From contig JAITOD010000074.1 in the NCBI GenBank assembly GCA_031290105.1, positions 2,563 through 66,562 of the forward strand: a stretch of 64,000 bases of DNA. Reading direction: 5' to 3'. A model generated the notes under the pieces. That model searched no databases and was not told the DNA's origin. It saw only the letters and a program-made list of their open reading frames with translations. Positions 58,636 through 64,000 of the stretch are shown piece after piece; positions within the stretch are counted from its first letter, which is position 1; each line of letters begins with the position of its first letter. A program made the position numbers and the translations under genes. The DNA comes from Oscillospiraceae bacterium. Lineage in GTDB: Bacteria > Bacillota > Clostridia > Oscillospirales > Acutalibacteraceae.

Positions 58636-59142
58636 CTAGAAGTATTTTGCTATCCAGTCGTCTAACATCTTGTACATTTTCTCCCGAATGAACCACCCTG
58701 CAACCGTCACAGCATCGTCAAAGTATGGTTTGCCCGGTATCCACTTTTGGTAAAGCATCATGCCGCCTTTTGCGCTCTTGTCGTATACAAAGTGATGGCC
58801 CTTCCAGTAACCCGGAACGAAGCGTTCGTTAACGCCGGTCGGATTCAGCCAGTGCCCGTCATTAACGTATGCCGCGTAATCCACAACGCTTCCGATTTCA
58901 AGCGTCATGTTGCCATGCGTCAGAGCCCATACGCCGCCGGGGCTTCCCTTTGTGAAGCTGTGAAGCAGGTTTCGCGTGTCCATAACCGGCATCTGCATAA
59001 TTGATTCCCGCACCAAGCCCAGAAAGTCGTCCCCCACTTTTTTCAGGAACTCCTCATAGGTTTTGGGCAAGCCCGCCCCGGCTTTCCCAATCGCAGCAGA
59101 GAATTCTTTCAGCGCGCTTGCGTCAATTTTAATAACGTTCAT
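58636..59142 (-). CDS. HK97 gp10-family head-tail protein
   Basis: N-terminal pattern ...LKEF...I...........FLKKVG..FL..V. Confidence 0.6.
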   Translation of the reverse strand: MNVIKIDASALKEFSAAIGKAGAGLPKTYEEFLKKVGDDFLGLVRESIMQMPVMDTRNLLHSFTKGSPGGVWALTHGNMTLEIGSVVDYAAYVNDGHWLNPTGVNERFVPGYWKGHHFVYDKSAKGGMMLYQKWIPGKPYFDDAVTVAGWFIREKMYKMLDDWIAKYF

Positions 59143-59147
59143 GCCGA

Positions 59148-59525
59148 TTATTCCCCCAGCGGTTTTTGGTCGTCAGTGCGGTAAACGTACACAGTCATGT
59201 GGTGCCCGCGTATGTTCATCGGCTCTTCTGCTGTGTATTCCAAGCCGCCTTCCCGGTGAATCACCTTGTCGTTTATGCGGATATCTGTGCCTGCCGGCAA
59301 ATCAAGCTTCCTGCGTCCGCTAAGCTCGTTTTGCGGCTCCAGCTGATGAAGTCCCTGTGACCCCGCCGACGCTCTTACCGCAAAGTGGCAGGGAACGTCG
59401 GAGAGGTCAGGTGCTTGCGGATAGCTGAATGTTTTGGACGCGGCAAGGCCCCAACCCGGCGATTTATCTTCTGCTGAGATGTGATAAATATCGCAGCTAT
59501 GGTCAAGCAGTGCGTTGAAGCTCAT
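59148..59525 (-). CDS. head closure / head-tail adaptor protein
   Basis: Size and synteny. Confidence 0.5.
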   Translation of the reverse strand: MSFNALLDHSCDIYHISAEDKSPGWGLAASKTFSYPQAPDLSDVPCHFAVRASAGSQGLHQLEPQNELSGRRKLDLPAGTDIRINDKVIHREGGLEYTAEEPMNIRGHHMTVYVYRTDDQKPLGE

Positions 59526-59540
59526 GCCGCATCCCTCCGT

Positions 59541-59927
59541 TCATATAGCTTGCATTTTCAGTGTAACGCCGGTTTTTGGCGGTTCTATAACCCAATCGTC
59601 AAGCAGCGAATCCAAGCCCAGAGCCTCAATGTCAATTCCCGCTTTGTCGGCCCGCGTATAGGCGTAATCGTCATAGGTTTCGGACTTTAAGCCATCGTTT
59701 GGGTTAAACGACATTATGGCGTATTGCTCCGCAATGAGAAGAAGCGCAATTTTCACTTCTTCAGGCAGAAGCTCCGCATCGTCAAAGCTGTTGTGTGTGT
59801 AACACACAATGTAGCTTTTCGCGCGGTAAATATCCATCTGAAGCTGTAAATCTGTGCGCTTCTTCACGTCCTTGTTGTTGCTGTATTCCCGCAGCTCGTC
59901 GGGAGTCAGCCAAATCTCCGCCGCCAT
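59541..59927 (-). CDS. gp6-like head-tail connector protein
   Basis: L.....L..........D..L...I..A...I pattern plus synteny. Confidence 0.5.
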   Translation of the reverse strand: MAAEIWLTPDELREYSNNKDVKKRTDLQLQMDIYRAKSYIVCYTHNSFDDAELLPEEVKIALLLIAEQYAIMSFNPNDGLKSETYDDYAYTRADKAGIDIEALGLDSLLDDWVIEPPKTGVTLKMQAI

Positions 59928-59929
59928 GA

Positions 59930-60115
59930 TTAAGCCGTGCTTTCTGCTGCTTTGGCTTTTTCTTTCACCCGCTCAAAGTAGCCGGAGCGGATAAGCTCTG
60001 CGGCGGTTTTCTCATCTGCTGCCGTAACGAATGGGTTTGCAAGAGTTGCTTTTACCTTGCCCGTGTAACTGCGTCCCTTTTTGAGCCGCAGTTTAATCTG
60101 AGTTGAAGCAGCCAT
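59930..60115 (-). CDS. small phage protein
   Basis: 61-aa ORF after the capsid gene. Confidence 0.4.
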   Translation of the reverse strand: MAASTQIKLRLKKGRSYTGKVKATLANPFVTAADEKTAAELIRSGYFERVKEKAKAAESTA

Positions 60116-60120
60116 ATCAA

Positions 60121-61110
60121 TTAACCTCCTGTTACGTCAACGCCGGTGATTAGCGCAACCGCGTCAAGCTCTTCAACGATTGAATCAAGGTCGAAGTGAA
60201 TGACATAGAAGGTTTTGTCCTCCATGATTGAGCGAACATCGGAGTTCGTCTTGCGAATCTGCACGTCATACGTACCCACCTTGATGAGGTTGCGCGGGTT
60301 CACAAGCATAATCTTGTCGTCAGGCATACGCGGAACCTGCACAATTGGAATGCCGAACGGAGACGTGTACATGCTATCGGGCACGTTGCCGCCGCCGTTG
60401 ACTGCGGCGTTCAGCAGGTTGTTTGTCCATTTCTGCGCCGTGTGCGGAGATACCAGCCAGCGCAAAGAGCCGCTGTTGTATTTTGCAGGGAGCGCGAGAA
60501 GCGCCAGATTGAACGCCTGTTGGTTGAGCGTGCCGTTTTCCAACGCGGTCAAATCCACAATATGACCGCCGTTCTGTATCTTTTTTATCCAACCGTCGTT
60601 CATTCGCAGGAAGGTTGCGTCTGCGTCTCCGGCGTCGGTGCTTGTGTCGCCGTTCAGGCAAAGGTCTTCGGTGTCGATTGCCGCTTGAGCGACCATAAGC
60701 GCTTCCGTTGTCTGCTCATAGCCTTGCCCCTCAATGTTTTGCCGCAGGGTTTCGTTGGTGATTTCCCACGGCAGACGCACAGCCTTGCAAGCGTACGGAA
60801 CTACGCTTGTAATGGGGTTCGCGCGGTATCCTGTAATCTGCCCTGTGGCAGAGTTGAGCGTTGGCGGCGTGCCGTCGGCGTTTGCGTCAATGTTTTCAAC
60901 TTTGGGGCGAAGAATGCGGCTTGCAATGCCGATTTTGTCAATCTCGCCTGTTTTAACGCGGCGCATTTCGTTTCGCACCATGCCGCCAAGCGCTGTCTGT
61001 TCGAAAACTTGACGCAGGAACCGGCTTGATTGCTCCGGGTTCAGCAAACCCCCTGTGCTAAGCGTGTCGGTGGTGATTGCTTCTTTAGCAATTTGTTTAC
61101 TGTTAGGCAT
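60121..61110 (-). CDS. major capsid protein (XkdG-like)
   Basis: Start MPNSK after ACGGAGGAA. ~329 aa. Lies downstream of the protease/scaffold gene. Confidence 0.75.
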   Translation of the reverse strand: MPNSKQIAKEAITTDTLSTGGLLNPEQSSRFLRQVFEQTALGGMVRNEMRRVKTGEIDKIGIASRILRPKVENIDANADGTPPTLNSATGQITGYRANPITSVVPYACKAVRLPWEITNETLRQNIEGQGYEQTTEALMVAQAAIDTEDLCLNGDTSTDAGDADATFLRMNDGWIKKIQNGGHIVDLTALENGTLNQQAFNLALLALPAKYNSGSLRWLVSPHTAQKWTNNLLNAAVNGGGNVPDSMYTSPFGIPIVQVPRMPDDKIMLVNPRNLIKVGTYDVQIRKTNSDVRSIMEDKTFYVIHFDLDSIVEELDAVALITGVDVTGG

Positions 61111-61129
61111 AATTTCCTCCGTTTCTGTA

Positions 61130-62131
61130 TTAAAGAATTCCGCTAAGATAATGGTTTTCAGCGGCTTGATTGTTGTCGCCGTCAAGCCCTGTGGGCAAGC
61201 CGGCGGCTTTCATAATCGGCGCGATAGCCTTTGCTACAGCGCTTGATACCGCGTCCGCAATCAGCGTTTCAGTGTCCGCAGCAGGTTCGGTTTTTTCTAT
61301 TGGCTCGGGGGTAGCAGCGCTTGTCTTTGTCGCCTGTTCAATCGCCTTGCTGATGGCTTCAGGCAGCGCCGCCCCAAGAGCTTTGCTCAGAGCGTCAGGT
61401 AATGCCGTGTTGATTGCGTCCTTGGCAATTTGTGTGACTTGTTCTTCTGTCATTGTGTTCTCCTCCGTTTCTTTTTTCGTTTTAGCGGCTGCTTGTGCGC
61501 TTGGCTCGTCCGGCAAGCTCTCACCGGACATTTTCAGCAGCCAGTGCGCGAATTTTCGCACAAACCCCGTTTCTTCTTTTGCGCTGAATTCGAGTGGATT
61601 TGCTTCCGTTTCGTCTGTGCTGTCTTCCGACTTCATGAATTCGCCAAGCCCGTATAGCGAAAAGCCGCCGATTTCCCTTGAAGTGATTTTCCCCCATAGT
61701 TCCTCATCTTCAATTTCCACGGTGACCATCCACGTGCCCTTGCGTATGGATATTCTTCCGAAAAACGGGTCGTCAAGCTCCATGTTGCTTTTTGCTATGC
61801 AGTTTTCAACAACCGCCGCGCTGCTTAGTCCAACGCATGAATGCTGCAGGTCAACCCTGTTTCCGTTCTTCGCGAACCAGTGAGCCGCTTTGGCGATTTC
61901 TGCCGCCGTCATGTAGTCGCCGTGCGCGTCTTCAACAAGCGGTTCGTAAACGATTCCCGTTATCAGGTGGCTGTCTTCCTCGGCGCAAACGATTATTCCC
62001 TCCGTCGTCACTTGTGCCCCGCCGTCGTCTGCTTTTGACGCAACAAAGCTTCGGCGGTTTGCGGGTTTCTTAACCAGCGACACAAAGGAGGGTTTAAGGT
62101 TTCTTATTTCTCTTGCTTTTTGTATCTTCAT
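61130..62131 (-). CDS. XkdF-like prohead protease fused to scaffold-like C-terminus
   Basis: N-terminus FVSLVKKPANRRSF...YEP...D.HGD.M matches the XkdF pattern. The C-terminus is acidic and Ala-rich. ATG at 62131 after GGAGGTGAT. Confidence 0.65.
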   Translation of the reverse strand: MKIQKAREIRNLKPSFVSLVKKPANRRSFVASKADDGGAQVTTEGIIVCAEEDSHLITGIVYEPLVEDAHGDYMTAAEIAKAAHWFAKNGNRVDLQHSCVGLSSAAVVENCIAKSNMELDDPFFGRISIRKGTWMVTVEIEDEELWGKITSREIGGFSLYGLGEFMKSEDSTDETEANPLEFSAKEETGFVRKFAHWLLKMSGESLPDEPSAQAAAKTKKETEENTMTEEQVTQIAKDAINTALPDALSKALGAALPEAISKAIEQATKTSAATPEPIEKTEPAADTETLIADAVSSAVAKAIAPIMKAAGLPTGLDGDNNQAAENHYLSGIL

Positions 62132-62231
62132 TTGCAATCACCTCCTAAAAAGACACAACAAAATACCCGCCTTGTTAAAGACAGGTTATCAAAAAAACGG
62201 TTACCCGTTATTTTGCAAAGGGGAAAAGGAT

Positions 62232-62257
62232 AAAGCAGCCCGGTTAGGAGCTGCTTT
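62232..62257 (-). terminator. hairpin AAAGCAGC-N10-GCTGCTTT inside the head module
   Basis: A T-rich tract follows on the minus strand. Confidence 0.4.
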
Positions 62258-62271
62258 ATTTGTAAGGTTAA

Positions 62272-62535
62272 TTAAGCCGCAGAGTTCTCTCGCCTAAAGA
62301 TTGTCACTAAGTCGTACGGCAGCAAGTCCTCGCCGCAGTGCACAAACTTCGGGCATGGCTCATTGTGGAAGTAGACGCGGTCAGGTTTCCCATTTGGTTC
62401 CGGATAGACTGAGCAGTAGCCGCGACCAATATGCTCCCTATCTGCGTGTTTGCAGAAACGGCATGGCAGCTTTTCTTCTTCACCGGTTATAAAGCTCGGC
62501 GGCTCTTCCCATGATTCCGGCCAACGCCTAGACAT
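62272..62535 (-). CDS. 87-aa Cys-rich protein (possible zinc-binding), phage moron
   Basis: CRFC...C...C..F.HC spacing. 1-nt gap from the upstream gene. Confidence 0.45.
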   Translation of the reverse strand: MSRRWPESWEEPPSFITGEEEKLPCRFCKHADREHIGRGYCSVYPEPNGKPDRVYFHNEPCPKFVHCGEDLLPYDLVTIFRRENSAA

Positions 62536-62536
62536 A

Positions 62537-63976
62537 TCAATCCACCTCCTCTAATAGCTCTAGTATAACATATATGAACTCATTTTGCAAGCTTATGCCC
62601 TTAACTTTAAAACTGCGGCCGCGCTGAAGTAAAACTTCAACTTGTCCAAACATCGGTGAACTTGCAACTCCGTTCCATGTGCCATCTTTATTTGTTTCGC
62701 CATATGCGCTAAAAGGTTCCATGTAAATTGTTTTTGAGCTTTTTGGTGCCAAAACATCATAAAGAATACGCAGCCCAGTATCACCTGCCGAAGCTTCTGA
62801 GAATGCAATAGCAACATCTTTTGACGTTGCCGTTGAAAAGAATGCAGAATCGCTTACCTTTTTGCCCGCAAACAATTTATTGAGTTGCTCGACATTTTCC
62901 AGCGTGATTTTGCTTGCTTCTATGCCAAGCAGCCCCGCAAGGCCCTTCTCATCAGAACCTCTAAACAGCACTGTGTCTCTCGGCAAGCCCGAGGATTTTT
63001 CAATCGCGCGGGTCAAATCAGCAATCATGTCGCCAATGCCTTCATGGTCAAAAGGTACTTTCCCAACGCCGACAAACGTATTCCAGTTGTCAAGGAAGCC
63101 CCTAAGCGGTCTGTTGAAAGCCCCCGAGCCTTGCGTATATCTAAACGCCGCCGCTTTTTCTGCCGCTGTCAGCTTAGACCATAGTTCTTCTGTCTGCGGC
63201 CGCAATTCAGCGTCAGCTGTTTCTTTATTAGTATATGCGGCATAGAGCTTATGTTTCGGGCTTGGCTCCGGCTCTTTAGGAACCTCAAAAGCCGGGTCTG
63301 TTTCATGATACTTGTTTCGATAGTCCAGTGCGGCACGTTGACGCGCTCTCAGGTTGGTTCCTGTCAAAGTATTCTCATCTATCACGGCTGGTTCCATTAG
63401 GCAGTGGCAGTAAATGCTTTCCTCCGGCGGAAGCGTAGGGTCAACCGGGTATAGGGGATAGTGCATAGTTCCCTTTTTCCCCGGCAGCTCGAACCGCTCC
63501 GCTTTGGGCACAACCTGGTTGTTTATTGCAATGTGATTCTCGCGCGGCGTGGTTCGGTATCCTGAGGTGTGCCGCCAACGCTTCGCGTCATGGCTTGGGT
63601 CTTGCATCAACGCTTCAAACGCGCCTATGTTGTGCGCTCGCATCATCTCGGTCAGCGCGGCGCGTTGGGCGCGATAGTAAGAATCGCGAATTCCGCTTTC
63701 CTCAAATTGCTGTGCCAGCCAGTCAATGCTTTTCCCTCCCGTTGTAGCTTTGTCAAGCAAGTCCTGCATCTTGTCGTAGCTGTCAAGCTTCATGAGTTCA
63801 CCAAGCTTTGGCGACCAGCGTTCAGCCCATCTCAGCGTTTCAAGCGAGATTTCCCCCGTAAGCAGCTCCGGATTAAGCTTTTTCAGGTGCTCGTCCACTA
63901 TTTTCGGCAATGCTGAATCAAGCATTTTCTTTTCTGCTTGCGCAATGCGCTCTGCAGTGTCGTCAATAATCGGCAA
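62537..63976 (-). CDS. head morphogenesis protein (SPP1 gp7 / Mu F family) fused to a C-terminal ADP-ribosyltransferase domain; N-terminus may lie beyond the window
   Basis: gp7 core (NHIAINNQVVP...YCHCLMEP) followed by R-S-E ART motifs LFRG, FFSTATS and QVEVLL. The frame stays open to position 64000. Confidence 0.7.
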   Translation of the reverse strand: MPIIDDTAERIAQAEKKMLDSALPKIVDEHLKKLNPELLTGEISLETLRWAERWSPKLGELMKLDSYDKMQDLLDKATTGGKSIDWLAQQFEESGIRDSYYRAQRAALTEMMRAHNIGAFEALMQDPSHDAKRWRHTSGYRTTPRENHIAINNQVVPKAERFELPGKKGTMHYPLYPVDPTLPPEESIYCHCLMEPAVIDENTLTGTNLRARQRAALDYRNKYHETDPAFEVPKEPEPSPKHKLYAAYTNKETADAELRPQTEELWSKLTAAEKAAAFRYTQGSGAFNRPLRGFLDNWNTFVGVGKVPFDHEGIGDMIADLTRAIEKSSGLPRDTVLFRGSDEKGLAGLLGIEASKITLENVEQLNKLFAGKKVSDSAFFSTATSKDVAIAFSEASAGDTGLRILYDVLAPKSSKTIYMEPFSAYGETNKDGTWNGVASSPMFGQVEVLLQRGRSFKVKGISLQNEFIYVILELLEEVD

Positions 63977-64000
63977 CGATAGTGTTGGTATAAGCGAACC

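Larger units (their letters stand above)
39384..64000. mobile_element. PBSX/Xkd-like myovirus prophage integrated at the tRNA-Pro 3' end (right end beyond the window), probably defective
   Basis: Recombinase operon next to the tRNA, a control region, then collinear fibre, baseplate, tape measure, tube, sheath and head genes on the minus strand. Confidence 0.8.

Overview
This is a chromosomal segment from a high-GC, spore-forming Firmicute (Clostridia-like). All protein calls come from reading the supplied ORF translations and recognising motifs; no database search was run. Positions 1-20.4 kb and 24-38 kb hold housekeeping genes: GH2 beta-galactosidase, whiA, dnaE, mutL, an acyl-CoA synthetase, CotF-like spore-coat genes, ybaB-recR, tyrS, an OmpR/histidine-kinase pair, a YabE-like wall protein and nrdR. 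Two tRNA genes mark accessory DNA. (1) The 3' end of tRNA-Gln (23672-23746, minus) abuts a ~3.3 kb decayed island. It carries a sigma-region-4-like gene, an AbiEi fragment, an AT-rich Vat-type streptogramin acetyltransferase cassette, a frameshifted NPPY methylase and a DUF4314 gene. (2) The 3' end of tRNA-Pro (39308-39383, plus) abuts a PBSX/Xkd-like myovirus prophage that runs off the right edge. Its att-proximal arm is an operon of unknown protein, short serine recombinase, SNF2 helicase, PP-loop/PAPS-reductase (IbrA-like) and ParB-nuclease (IbrB-like). That operon is expressed from one arm of a ~960 bp quasi-palindromic control region encoding two convergent paralogous 63-aa RHH-like proteins. 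The late region (fibre, baseplate, tape measure, tube, sheath, head) is on the minus strand. It contains an antisense HigB/HigA-like moron, a tail-chaperone -1 frameshift site and a gp7-ADP-ribosyltransferase fusion. Other findings are a type-I-toxin-like locus upstream of nrdR (27-aa hydrophobic peptide plus convergent promoter-to-terminator small RNA) and a DUF1413 gene enclosed by 46-bp inverted repeats directly behind a consensus promoter. No rRNA or CRISPR array was seen.
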